Positions 1 through 13,561 of a stretch of 64,000 bases of DNA are shown in pieces. Source of the stretch: Podarcis bocagei (Eukaryota). The notes beneath the pieces are model-generated. The model was given only the letters and a program-made list of their open reading frames with translations. It did no database searches and was not told the origin of the DNA. Each line of letters begins with the position of its first letter. Positions within the stretch are counted from its first letter, which is position 1. The translations under genes were made by a program, and so were the position numbers. The stretch lies in assembly GCA_964188305.1 (NCBI GenBank), contig OZ076889.1. One strand, written 5' to 3'.

Positions 1-2030
1 GTGTGTATTGTTATGTTTGTCATAATTTGTAAAACCTTAATATTTATATTTTAAAAATAACTTTAAGGAGAAATCACAGATTTTAGCAGCTGTGGCTTTT
101 CATGTGGTTATGTAAGGCAGTGTGCATGCAACTTTAGATAAGACGCTTTAAAGTTCCATTTCAACTACTCATATATTGCACCCACAAAAAGCTGTCATAT
201 AAGTGGCAAAACCATCATTTACTTGGGCTCTGTCTTGGGACAATTGCTGGCTCTGTTCTGATAAAATGTAGAAGTCTTGTGTCAGAATGAATATGCTGTT
301 ATGAGCAAAAAGAACAGGTCATATTAGGACATGCTGCGGCATTTAATTTCTGTGGAAGCAAAAAAGCAGTGTGCAAATTTAGTATCCCCTCAGTGCAAGT
401 GAGCTCCTGTTAGGGATCACTCTGGCTCCCACTCTGGGCCCTGGGCAAAGACAGTCGGTGTCTCCCCTTCCGAGTACCTTGGAGGGGATTCTACATGTGA
501 TTAGCACAAAGACTCCAGTTCTGGTGGCTTTGCCTGATGTTTCCTGGGGTAAAGGAGAAAGCACTTTGTTGTTTTGGGACTTCAGTCAATCCTGTGTGAG
601 GGATGGTAGCGGAGAGTTTATTATCTGGTCTCATTTCCCCCCTGCCTCCAGTAGTAAACCGCTGTCATATCAGGTCTTTTAATTATTTTTAATAGATGTA
701 TTCTAAACTGTCGATCTTGACTTTCACTACAGTGAACACTTAATTTAGTAGCTCCCCCACCCTTTAAATTGCCATATACTAATGTAAGGGACAGAGAGGT
801 GATGGCCCGGGTACTTGTCCATATTGTTTTGACATTTACGTCCAGCCTAATGCTTTTCACATACTTCAGAAACAAACATGCTGGTACTTATAGTCTGCTG
901 ACATGTAAGATGTGCTTATAAGGGGGAAGGAAACAAATTGGCATAAATTGAAATAATCCCGACTCCTTACCTCTTACTGTCCAGATTCTCCAGAGTGAGT
1001 ATGTTAAAGCTTGGGATATGCAAATAAACTGTTCAAACCTTCTGACAAGCGATAGTATTGCTTCTAGAGTTGTATCTTTTGGGACGTTGTGAAGACACTG
1101 TTTCCTGTTTGCAGCAGTTAGTAACATGAATGAAATGTTTATTTGATTTAGGAACTCTAGAGGTGGAGAGGAGTGCCATTCAGCAAAAATATAGAGGATC
1201 TGCACAAGGAGATACCATGCCTGCAAATTTCATTTCTGTCCGGCTTTGCAACCCAATTACTTCTTCACTGTTCATGAGTATTTATTTAGATTCCGACACC
1301 AACCTTCAAAACAGTCTTCAGTCACACACTATTTATTTGCCCAAGTTGCTTTTTCTTTTTATTATGAATGGTGGCTGATCTTACAGGTTCACCCCTACCT
1401 TCTTGTCTTAAGTCAGCTGGCAACTGGGATTGGCTCTCCCAATTTGGATGAGATTGCAGAACAAGTTAGTTCACTTATAAATTGCTTCCCTCAACAGAGT
1501 GTCTGGAAGCAACTTACAAGCATAGAACATGGTGACACAATTAAAAAAACAAAAACCTTACGCCACAAAAGTTTTTTCCTCTTAAGGAAAGACACTGGCA
1601 TGTTGAGCAATCTCCATGTCTTTGCCAAATGTGCTAGACAGGAAAGACTGTCACAAAATTGCACTAGCAGTTTTAGAACATCCTGGTGGGTGTCTGTATT
1701 GTGGGAACAACAGATCTTAGTGCTCTGTAGGTGGGATTGTACCTCTGCTGGAGGCAATATTTAGTCACCTTGAGTGACCAGACAGTAATCAAACTGCAAG
1801 CTTGTTTTGTGAGAATGAAATTCGAGTCATGGCTGTGGGGCAAGAATAATCCAAGAAAGTTCAATTGAGGAATGTTGTGTGCTTATCTTTATAAAGCCAG
1901 AGGATCTGTCACTCAGCTGTAATGAGTACAGAAGAAAGTGATTGGGGTTACAGGAGCAGCCTACCCATGTCCTTTGTGGGGCACATGTTGCAATGTGTGG
2001 TGGGATAACATTATATGGCACCATGTGGAG

Positions 2031-2266
2031 TGGCCTTCCCCAATCTGGTGCCCCCCAGATGTTTCAGACCAGCCTTTCTCAACCTTGGCACCCTATATGA
2101 TGTTATACTACAACTCCCCTTACCACTGGACCTGCTACCTAGGGATGATGGGAGTTGTAGTCTAGCAGCATAAGGGGACTCAATATTGAGAAAGGCTGTT
2201 TTACACTAATTCCCATCAGCATGACCTGTGGTCAGGGACATCTGGAGAGCGGGCTGAGGAAGGCTG
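2031..2266. mobile_element. Nested hAT (Charlie-like) palindromic MITEs: inner copy 2070-2198 inside an older relative
   Basis: Inner TIRs CAGCCTTTCTCAA/TTGAGAAAGGCTG with degenerate 8-bp TSD tttcagac/ttttacac; shared actacaactccc...gggagttgtagt core. Confidence 0.65.
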
Positions 2267-5200
2267 GTTTAGAGAGTACAGCTGAAGCTACAACCATGGG
2301 ATGTTAGCTTTAGCTTTTGACATCCTCATGCCTCTTCACTTCTGTTTGATATCTGCCACTTTGCAGGATCAAGAATTTTGACTACTTCTATTTTGGTTGA
2401 TATCCCTACTCCATTGTTGAATTTACTCCCACATGGTTCTCCCACCACCCCCTTGGGTGTGTTTCAGGTAAAGCTTAACTTCAGTAAAACCAACTGCTGT
2501 TCACATGGCTGCGTTTCACATAAGGTTGCTTAGAAATCAGAATGACAAAATAGCTCCAATTGCAGATTTTTATGGGCTTATATGTTTCTTCAAGATTAGT
2601 TTATTCCAGTCTCTAATTCTGAGCAAAGGGACTGGCTGCTCTAGTTTATTTCATAAGAACCATATGTGCTGAACAAATAAGCCACAAAAAGCTACGTGTT
2701 CTATTTTTTTCTATAAAAAGCAATTTAATGTGCTTAAATGAGTATAGTAATCTCAGGTATGCAGAGAACAATTTTTGTGCTGAGCAGCAATAATTTGCAC
2801 CCTACAGAGCTTTTTCTTCAGTTCGTGTTTTTAAAGGGTCTGGAGGCCTGTGAATGTTTTATTTTATGCCCTCGGTTCTTAGCCAAGGATAATCTTCAGG
2901 AAAAGATCAGGAGTTGGGCCTTAGGTTTGTGCACCCTTTTAAACATTAAAAGAAGTGAATGACCAGATTAGGAGATTTTATTCTGAGGGTTTCATTCTCT
3001 TTCATCTAGAACTAGTCTACATTCCAAAATGGGGATCTCCCAATTTATTGCTCACTTTCCCCTGAGGTAAGGGTGTGCAAGAGCCTGTGCAAGACTGAGG
3101 CCTAATTCATTTCATTCCTGGAGGATAACTCATCCAAAGGCTGGGATGGGAATAATGTCGATGCAGGCCTTGAGATGTCCATGTAGAAGTTGCTCTTTTT
3201 GTGCAGCAGTGCAGGTCAATAGTAGAAGGATCCAAGCTCTAGAATGTAAATCCTTCTTCCCCATCTTTATCATGGTCATGGAAAAATTTGTAGAAGAATT
3301 GTTCTTGTAAGTAATATTTTACTCTCAGGTAAATTTATTAAAATAATTAGAAATTTGGGCTGTGATTCCCCAAACCACTTTAACGGAGAATACTTCCAAT
3401 TAAATGGTTGGTTCTTTTAAAATGCAGGTTTTTCCAGCTGTACAAATCCCCACCCCTAGAAGAAGGCAAATGAACTCAAAGGCATTCTGTTCCTGGCTTA
3501 CACCATTAATCGGTGAAGTTTTTGCCATAGAAATCACTAGCTATTATCTACTATCCATTGATGGTTTATTTTTTTATTTGCCCCTAGACTAACAGGTGCA
3601 AAAACAGGAGTATTTTAAGGGTATACAAGGATGTGACAAAGTATTTCCTGCCCAAAGATGAAAGTGAAGGAGGTTCTGGCCCCCCAAAAAGAAGGGAATT
3701 TTAAATTGAGTTTGAGCAGTTTGTTTTCAATATGGAAACTGAGCACATTCTATACATATATATTTGGCGTACATGCCATCGGTGACACTACCTATCATTT
3801 AAGGGCTTAATAAAACACATATGCCTAAGATGTCTACTTCCTCTCCCCTCATTTTTCCAACTGCACATTATCAGCTTTCCGGCAGCACATTTTTCCAACT
3901 CTAGATTTTGTGCCAACTACACACTAAAAAAACCCTTTGTTAAATTGTGATGTTGGTCCTACCTGAGGTAATAAAACTAAAACCTGTGGATTGCAGCCAT
4001 AAAACTGCAACCATAACTTTCTAAAACAGAAGGAAGTGTCCATCTTGGGGAAAGTCTGTCCGTGAGAAAGAGTTGTAATTACAGTTGTGTTTCCTTGACG
4101 CTATTTGTAACACAAGTGGTTTATAAATGTTGGTCTACCATATTAACACATTACCATGCTGCAATAATGGCAGTAGTGCCAACAATACTAGATTATCACC
4201 TCTTTGGGTTGAGTAGCACTTGACATTGCTCCTTAGAATCCATCTTCCTGCCTCACCTTAAAGGAGGAACACAATCTCTTCCTCTTGACATAATGTACTA
4301 GGGTAAGGGCTGTTCCATTTACTGATGCGTATAATATGGTACAGCTCTCCTGCAATTGTACCAATTCAGAACGAAGGTGTGGATAACATGATTAAATGTA
4401 CTCAATGTTAAAAAAAGCTTTTCAGTGTAGGAAATTAACTCATGAGTTAGGATTTGAGATATACTATCTTTCCTTGTCTCCGGAGTGTTGTAGCTTAGTT
4501 CTTGGGAAGCAAATTGGGCCTTAGGACAAATGTGGTAGCTGCAGCAAATCCATTGCATCAGTTGGCCAGCTACATATTAATGCCGGAATCTTAATCCACC
4601 TACCTGGGAGCAAGCCCAACTGAATTCAGTAGGACTAACTTCTAAGTGAATATGGTTAGGATTGTGCTATAAATAATCATTGATTAGTTCCCCCCCTTTC
4701 CCCCACAAAAGCAATTAAAGGCTGTAGAGTAATAAATATTGAGCCATTCAAATAGTCTGCAATTAAAATTATTGCAGCAGAATGTGGTAATTATAACATT
4801 TCCCCCTGCAGTAAACACGTATCATTCTTTCTTTCTGTAGGAAGAGACTCATGAAGTAGTTAGTTATTAAAGAAGTTAGTCTAAATAGCCTCAGGGGTAG
4901 CTTTTTGGAACACCGAGTACCTGAGATCTAGGCCAGTCAGATATTGCATTTTTTTGTGTTGCAGTGGAGACTATAAGGTTTAGCTTTGGTTTTAGTTTTT
5001 TTATATGTGGTTTAACTGAGAATGTTAGTGGAATGCACTGTCACTGTCAATCTTGCTTTCAGGATTAAGGCCTTCAAACTTGAAAATTTTTCAAGGTGTT
5101 ACATACAACAAATGCAAGGTGAATTAATATTGGGGTTGGAGTATGAGAGGCAGGGGGACTAATAATGGTCACTAAGAAAAGGGGTTGGGGGCTAAGTGAG

Positions 5201-5379
5201 CCCAGTGGGAGTTTTGTCCAGCTCTCTTGGCTTCTGAATTGTCACCAGACATAGCATGGGTATTTTGGAACTGTTCTTGCAAGTGTTCATGCTGGAAATG
5301 AGCTTTTAAAAATTGCAGGTAAAGGGCAGTATATAAATTTAGTCAATCAATCATTCAGTGCAGATCCAATTCCTTATTT

Positions 5380-5850
5380 GTTTTTTCCCCTCTTTTTAAA
5401 ATAATCTTTATTAGGTTTTCAAGAAAAAGTGAATACATAAGTAGAATAAGTTACCTGTTGAATGCCGATACAATTGCATTGCACTATAGTATTTCCCTCA
5501 CTCAGCAAACAAACATACACAGAGCTATTATAACAAAAAAATCAATTAATTAGTTTAATTGAGGCAAAACTAAATCCCACTTCCCCCCAACTAACAGACT
5601 TTTTGGTTCCAAGTATCTTTAAAATGTCCCGTTACCCCTCAGCAGGTTAGTGTAGCAAAGAAATAGGAATTTACATGCAAACAATAATACATACGAAAAG
5701 AGCAGTTTGGGTCAAGATGGTCACACCCTCATATAACGTGAAGAAGGAGAGAAATAGTTTTATAACTAACGAAGGTGATAAAATCATACCACTCTTCCAC
5801 AAGATATACGTTCTTTGCTTGTCCCTAATGGCTTTACAATCATTATTTTT
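5380..5850 (-). mobile_element. Probable L1-type LINE 3' fragment
   Basis: Minus strand reads ..EEWYDFITFV.., resembling an ORF2 C-terminus, followed by an AT-rich UTR, AATAAA and an A-rich tail. Confidence 0.35.
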
Positions 5851-7505
5851 TTAACACGTTCTTGAGCTTTTCCTATTTCAGTCTTCTTTGTTGTCTTCTG
5901 CTTCCCGACTCTTTTACCTCTTATTTTTCAGTATTCAGCTGGAATGTGTTTAATCTTTTTCAAACTCCCTGAAGTGAATAGGTACTTAAAGTCCTGCTGC
6001 ATGGCTTGTAGATGAGAACCTTAATTTTGTAAAAGTTTAGTTGTCAGGTCTATATGTCATAAGCTCATGCAGGCACATCCCAGAGGTCAAACTGGGGTAA
6101 GTAGGTCCTGATGCCATCTTATAGACTTGAGAGCCAATAGTCTTCCTAATATTAACAAATGCATTTAACAATTCAGGTTTCACAATAGAAACTCATTTTA
6201 TATTGATCATGTTAGTATCTCTCAGCTGATATTGGGGATAGTATGTTTTAATAGTAATAATGCTTGGTTTGGTATTAGTCTTACAGTTAACCTTTGTTTA
6301 CAAAGTAAGGGCGATGCTGACTTAAGTATGTATGAGCTTCATGGATTAAAGGTCGAGGGAGAATCTAAACTGTTTCCCCCTACATGGTGTTGAAGTATTG
6401 GGATCTAAAATATTTTCTTTGCTGCTAAATACTGTGCCACACCCGGTTAGGAAAGCAAATTCCAGCAGCGAAACACGTGTGAGTTCCAATGAAAATATGA
6501 CATTGTGAAGATTGCTTTTGGCTTTGGGAAAAATTAAGTCTCTACCCATGGTGAAAAGGTGCAGTTTTCTGCTTTCCTGGGTGAAGTCAAACTAGCAGGC
6601 CTTGAATATAGCAAGCAGTCCAGACCTTCCCCAAAACACGTGCTTGGCCGTCTACATTCCACAGCTGTGTGTGCAGGAGACACTCTGTACCAGTCAATAT
6701 TGGTGTCAGAGAGATTTGAGAGAGGATTTTCCTTTTAATGTCATCTAGAGATCACAGCACATGAACAAAGAAGATGATATTGTGAGGTCAACTGTTGAGG
6801 TTGCAGTTGGGTCCTGTCTTTTTCCCAGGGTTGTATTCCAGCCCCGTGTCATACACCATTTTGGATTCAGGCTAAGTTTGAAATTGATTTAATGCTGGAG
6901 TAATTCACTTCATTAGTAAGCTGCTTGCCATGTTTGATAATATTTTTAGACAGGACAGATTTTACTAAGCTGCAGAGTTCAGATGAGCGCCCTTAAAGCC
7001 GGTTCAGGGATTACAGTGGTAAATTCAGCAGTTGATTTCATTAGCAAGCAGTTTCCTAGATCCAAATTGTCCTTTTTAGAACTTAAAAGCCAGATCCAAA
7101 TGCAACTTGTTTGTTCCTCTTTGTATTCTGAAGAAATAGTGGTGACAAATGGGAGCACTGGCCAATTTTTAGCAAATCAGTCTTTGCTCTGGATAAACAG
7201 GGACTTTTCTTGGGAGTAAATGGGAATCCACTGTTCGCCTGGAGCATTGGGAAAAGGTATGCTTATAGTTTCTATGCTTTCTCAACATAGTGGGAATTTG
7301 TTTTGACATACAGCATTTGCAAACTTTAAAGTTAGTTTGTTACCAATATGACAAACTGTAACCTGGGTTATTGATTATTTTTGCATGATGTCTCTTGGGT
7401 TTTGAATTAGAAGTTTGACTTATGGTGGCTGTCCTGAATTTTTTTTAAAAAAAGTTTCCCTGATTTGTTTTTAAATAAATGTTACATTTATGGTTTACAG
7501 CAAAG

Positions 7506-7660
7506 ACATAGGAAGCTGCCTTGTATTTAGTCAGATCATTGGTCTGTCTCACTCAGTATTGTCTACACTGACTGGCATTTTCAAATGAGGCAGTTTCTGA
7601 GGACATACCTGGAGATGCTGGTTATTGAACCTGAGACCTGTATGCAAAGTAGATGCCCTG
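7506..7660 (-). mobile_element. Degenerate squamate SINE (tRNA-derived head, CR1-like tail); related copy at about 21520-21660
   Basis: cataggaagctgcctt...agtcagatcattggtc...attgaacctgagacc pattern recurring in the window. Confidence 0.45.
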
Positions 7661-7719
7661 CTACTGGGGTATGACAGATGTCTGACATTCTAACCACCTG
7701 TTAGGACTTGCACATATAC

Positions 7720-7966
7720 TAGGGTTGCCATATTTCAAAAAGTAAACTTCCTGACACCCACAAAGTTGTTGAACATTTTTGGGGAAGCCTCTCCCCAAAA
7801 TAGTGATTTTAAGCTTTTGGAGCTGTTTCCGCTGCTTTTCCCACCACATTGCCATACATCTAGAATTTTCCTGACATTTTGCCAATTCAGCAAAATTCCC
7901 CCGACGCCATTTTTACACCCAAAAACCAGGACATGTCAGGAATTTTCCTAACGTATGGCAAGCCTA
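7720..7966. mobile_element. hAT-type MITE
   Basis: TIRs TAGGGTTGCCATA / TATGGCAAGCCTA; subterminal cctgaca/tgtcagg repeats; TSD not clean. Confidence 0.7.
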
Positions 7967-7967
7967 A

Positions 7968-8202
7968 CAGTGGTGCCTCGCAAGACGAAATTAATTCGTT
8001 CTGCGAGTTTTTTCGTCTTGCGAATTTTTCGTCTTGCGAAGCACGGTTTCCCATAGGAAATGGTTTTAAGAAAAAGGAAACAAACTTGCAAGACGTTTTC
8101 GTCTTGCGAAGCAAGCCCATAGGGAAATTCGTCTTGCGAAGCAACTCAAAAAACGAAAAACTCTTTCGTCTTGCGAGGCATTCGTCTTGCGAGGTACCGC
8201 TG
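7968..8202. mobile_element. Tc1/mariner (Tigger-like) MITE with internal TTCGTCTTGCGA repeats
   Basis: TIRs CAGTGGTGCCTCGCAAGACGAA / TTCGTCTTGCGAGGTACCGCTG, TA at the 3' end; CpGs intact. Confidence 0.8.
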
Positions 8203-11200
8203 TACCAAATGCCTCTTGCTGGATCTTCATATTAACAATAACATTGTTACCTCTGCCACCCATCTTAGTTTGTTGCCCTTTCCTTGTGCATTTCTCTGTT
8301 CTCAAAGTTTCTGTTCTGCTTTTAAGGATGTATTGCCACATATATAAACACATTCATTGTTCAGAGGCCCCGTCTAAGCCTAGATTAACATCTTGATTTG
8401 TAGCAAATGGAGGAGTCTGGATTTTCAACTTCAGGTCTTCTACTGACCACCAAAAATCAGCAAGCCTGCATCACACATAGTGTTGGTCATCCAGTCACTT
8501 GAAGATAGCTTTCACTCACTTCTAGGTCAGCTGTACTACCAATAGTACAGAACATAATCAGCGGTAGATCCCTTCAGACACTTCTTTGTTGCTTTATAGG
8601 ATCGGAACAGTTATTCTGCCTTATAGGATTGGGACAATTATGGTGCACATAGGTTTATTATGAAATTTCATATTTAAGCTACCGTTTCTCAAACTGCTTA
8701 TAGTAGTATAGCCAGTCTTCCTGCCATTGTATCTTGACACCAACTTCATGAAGCAGACTGTCCAAAGGTCACTAGTAAGTTTTGTGGCTAAGCAAGGAAT
8801 TGAATCTAGGTCTTGCTGTAACTGCAGACTGCTACACCACACTGAGTTACTGGCTAATGATCAAGTTTCCTTATAGATATGCTGATTAAAGGGCCTTTGC
8901 TTGGATGCCACAGAACAAAAGCACTTGAGGTATAGCTGAAAAGAGGTGGTATACACACAGAGACACAGACACACAAACACAAACAAACAAGCATGCATGC
9001 ATGCATACAGCAGACATCCTGTCACCTATGCTGAGAATGGATGTGGCTGCCCTGCCAGTTGAGGGCACTCCTTTTCTGACATAGTTTTGTAGCCCCCTTT
9101 TTCTTAGGAGGAGAGGGTATTTTCCTCACATGCACAGCTATCGTTTGTCTGATTAGGTGGTTGCAGAAGGGAGGCTTTGTGGCTCTTGGGGCAGGCAAAA
9201 GAGCCTTTGGCATCAGTTCACAGTTCCCTCTTAATTGCTCAAAGCTTTGTGGTCTGTGTTACATAGAGTTCACAGGACCAGAGTGCAGCTTTACCTAGCC
9301 TGTAAAATCTTGTTGAAATCTCATTTGCATATTTATTTATTTATTTAGCAAACTTTATATACCACTTGATAATAAATAAAACTTCTAAGTGGTTTGAAAA
9401 ATAAAGCAGACATTAAAGTTATCTACAAAATAAATCTGTATCTCTGTCAACTTGTGTGTAGTTATTTTATACTCACAGTAGTCCTTGATTCTTTCAGCAG
9501 CTAAATTTCTAAGGACTTCTTGGTGGCCCCAAGTGGTTATTTGACCTCTCACACCTAATGCAGAGTCTGCTCCCCCCTCCACTCTCTGCCTCTGGTGCAG
9601 TGGTGAAGAGGAAAGCAGAAACAGCAGTTTTCATTTTAAACTAACCATACATTTGTTCTGTCCATTTTGATTAAATAGTTTGAAGAATAGCAGTCTTGGG
9701 AGGAAAATCCATCTTCTGATATCACTACAATTGAAATGAAGTGAAGTTTGTGTTTGTGCTTAAATCGTGAGTGATTTCATGGTGGTTGAGATGCCCAAGT
9801 TGTTTTTTAGATTGTCAAAGATGCTTCATAGTTTTGTGCTAGTATAGCAGCTGAAATTCCACTCTAGTTGGTCATGGCAGTAGTGGAATACTGTAAAGAT
9901 ATTACGTAGACGCTCTTCTGAATAAAAAGGAAGCTGTAACAATTAAAGTCCTTGTGAGCCTATTCTTTACTTTGGGCCACTCTCCGCTTTCTCAGAGGAG
10001 AACTGGTTTTTCTGTGTGGCCTCCAATTGTTGATTGCTAACCTTCATGTTATAGCTGATGGCTTGTCTGGTAGTGCTATAGAGTACAGTTTGTATTCCTG
10101 TGCTTTTCTGACTGAAGGAAATTGTATTTACCAATATATCCCTTTTGGTCTAAAGATCTTCACAATTGTGACTGCTCAACATTTACAGTTACTGACTTCT
10201 ACTGAAGCCTTGAATACTGCCATATAACATGCAATTAATGGGACTTGACAATGCAGTACTTAAAATGTCAGAGGCCAATGAAGCTCTGCCTTCACAAGAA
10301 CAAATTCTTTTGCTCCCTGTGGTGGTACCCTTATGATGATAGCAATGGTAGGTGATGTGATGTGAGGGAAGCCTAATTTAGGCGGATAATTTTGAATGCT
10401 CTTTCATCCATTTTGGTATCTACTTATTGTGCTTTTTCCATTTTTGAATATCACAGCACTTCATTAATCCTATTCGTCATGCTTTTGTTCTGAGGGAAGC
10501 ATGGCTCCTACACATCAGCTGTGGCAAAGAACACACACCTTTATTGGGCTAGTGAAAACAGCTCAGGGGGCCTGCCAGGCAGGAGAGGGGGGGAACAGAT
10601 TATTTTAAATCACCAAAGAAAATAGACTTTCTTTATTTTTTCCTATTGTAGAAATCAAACTAACTAGTTGCTGTAGCATACTCCTTATAAAGCTAGAAGA
10701 ATAATCCAAAACAGTTGGGTGTTTAGCACACATGCTTTGTGAACTACAGGATCATCTCCTTAGGGGCAAATTTGGGCAATTGTGAAATAAACACAATTGT
10801 ACGTATGCATAGACCCTAAGAAAGAACACTTAAGTAATGGCTAAATTCCAAATAACTTTTCAGAGGCTGGGGTTAGTAATTACCAAGCAGATTAGTGTTT
10901 CTCTGTGAGGTGAAAAGTAAGAGAATTGCCCAGCAAAACTTAATTCTCATTTAATTTTATGGAAGAGTAAATCATTGAATTAATACTCTCCCTTTTTTAA
11001 GTTAATGGGACTTAAAACTTGGTTGTCCTGTTTAGTTGACATTCATTCTTCAATGCTCACACTCTGCCACAGTTAATACATACACTACTGCATCAGTATA
11101 ATTCTTGATCAGAGGCCTCCCCCCTTCTTAAATGGAAAGCAAACTTTAATTCCTTCTGTTGTAGTAATTAATGGATTCTATTTTAAAAGGTTATGTGAAC

Positions 11201-12787
11201 TTTTGTTTGTATTACAACCAGATTTCATTTTCAGAGACACTAGATTTGAGTCTTATACATTCTGAAGACATGTGGAGGATTGGCCTCTACTGGATTTGGC
11301 TTTCATTCTTCGTTGCACTAATTCTTTCAACAGTTGAACGGGCCGAAACATTAAACTTTGTTCAAGCTGGAATACTTCTCCCTTCGGGTTTCTCATCCAG
11401 GATTTGATTTGCTGAGTATCATTCATTGATAAGATCTGAATGCAGTGCAGAGTCTCTGGTAACTCACCAGCTAAGTATGATAAATTGGTGTTTAGCATGG
11501 GAAATACTTTTGAACCTAGTTTTTATTGGTTGGTCTTATCAGTGAAAGTTACAAAGCTCTATGCTAGGCATTTATTAAATAAGGATTAGACTGAAATAAA
11601 GCAAACAGGTTTATGAAGAAGGGAGTTCAGCACAATGAATTGCTTACTAAATCTCGCTCATAAACATACTTCCTGACATGGTGAACAATGTGCTGTTCCT
11701 CTAGGACTTAAAATAGCATTTGACACAGTCTGTAGGGATTGGTTTGTTCAAAGTTCACTTGTTTTTGTTCCTAGACCTGGATGAAATCAGAGGGCAAGGT
11801 TAAAGTAGGCTCTTGGTAGCACTCTTTTCAGCAAAGGGGGATTAACTTTTTACTAACTTACTAACCTATTTTTTACTATTAGGCTTTAGTTAATGACCTC
11901 CCTTTTTGTTTTTGAATTGTCACTAGTTATTTTGCTGCTTGACATTAGTGAATTGTTTTAGATATGACACTAAGCCATGATGGGAATCCATTAATTTTTG
12001 CCAAAGACATTGTTAAAGCCTGCATTTGAATATAAGAAAGAGAAATGGGGGGGGGGCATAAATTTTATTATTGAAATAATTTTTGTGCATTATAAAGTTC
12101 AGAGCTTAGAAAAGCACCCTTCAGGCCATAATAGTTGAAAGATAAGAGGCAAGCCTTTTCCATTATATCCCAGACTTCTGTTTTTCCAGTTCTGGTTATT
12201 GGCAATCCCATTGCTATCATGCTGTTCTTAAGGCCACACAAGCAGCACATGGGGCTGGTTTGTTGAAATAATCAAATCACATGGTGAGAACTGTTATGAT
12301 CCTTGAACTATGTGCTTTGTAGAATTCAGGGCAGGTTCTATATTTTGAATCAGTTGGGGTTTTCAGGTTCTGTTCTAGTTTGATGCAACTTTCTTTATGA
12401 ATTAACTAAACTATAAATGTATAAAACAAGCCTTTTTAATAGAATTGCTAGATGACATTTTTTTTTATTTGTATTTTGGTGAGTGACAGGGGCTGTCTCA
12501 AAAACAACACAGGGAAGTTTTGCAGCAAATATTTGAATTGCCAGTAGTGTGTGGGGTCCAAGATAATGTCACTCCACTTTGTTTCCTTCTCTCAGCCTCT
12601 CTGATTCTGTTTTCTCTTATTGTTGAGCCACTTACTCCTGGGAGGAGGTGTTCCCTGGAACAAATTCTTTGCTTTCTTGAGTCTTAGAAGTACTTGGAAG
12701 TTTGACCCACTTGTTCTAGAATTTTCCTAATAGTAAGCAAATTGCAGCAGTAATTCTTTCTTTGCATTCAAATTCACATTTTCAATA

Positions 12788-13014
12788 CAGTGGTACCTCG
12801 AGTTAAGTACTTAATTCATTCCAGAGGTCCGTTCTTAACCTGAAACTGTTCTTAACCTGAAGCACCACTTTAGCTAATGGGGCCTCCTGCTGCTGCCGCG
12901 CCGCCAGAGCACGATTTCTGTTCTCATCCTGAAGCAAAGTTCTTAACCTGAAGCACTATTTCTGGGTTAGCGGAGTGTGTAACCTGAAGCGTATGTAACC
13001 TGAGGGTACCACTG
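12788..13014 (+). mobile_element. Tc1/mariner (Tigger-like) MITE, copy 1
   Basis: TA|CAGTGGTACC...GGTACCACTG|TA; internal ttaacctgaa repeats. Confidence 0.85.
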
Positions 13015-13561
13015 TAGTTTTTCCACGGTGCCATTCTAATATTACATGTTTCTCCTCAGCCTAACGCTACAGATTTTTCTCTTGCTCCCAACCGAGGTGC
13101 TGCATGTGTTTAGTGTATCATAGTTGCAGGTGGTACAATCCAAACAGTTCTTTTCTCACAGAAAAGCCAAGGTATTGTAAGAGAACAGGAACCAGGTTTT
13201 TCCAAGACGTGTCTTGTGCTGTCAGTTGTGAGCTGCAGTTCCTGACTGTATGCCATTGTCAAGATGTTCTAAGCCCACAGCTCTTTCCTGGTTTATCTAA
13301 ATTAATCTAGGGATTTTAATGTGGAATAGCTAGTATATTTTGTTTCTTATGATCACATTGGTTTTCATTACACACTTCGAATACATGATTGATTGACTTG
13401 AATAGCAGTATTGTTGTTGGCATATGACTTGGCTGTAGTTTAATGATCTAAATGTTTTAACTGTTCTTAAACCCCTGATGTATCTTTGGGTTACTGGGGG
13501 GGTGGGGAGGATAAAGCTGGTATTCATCAAGAAAGTAGCATGAAGTTTGTTATGTCTAATG

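Noticed and set aside
1246-1764. 172-aa ORF in AHCYL1 intron 1
   Set aside because: Non-ATG start and no recognisable domain or exon signals; likely a chance ORF
7968-8202. CRISPR-like array of TTCGTCTTGCGA repeats
   Set aside because: The repeats are 12 bp, irregularly spaced, in both orientations and inside TIRs of a eukaryotic MITE; there are no cas genes
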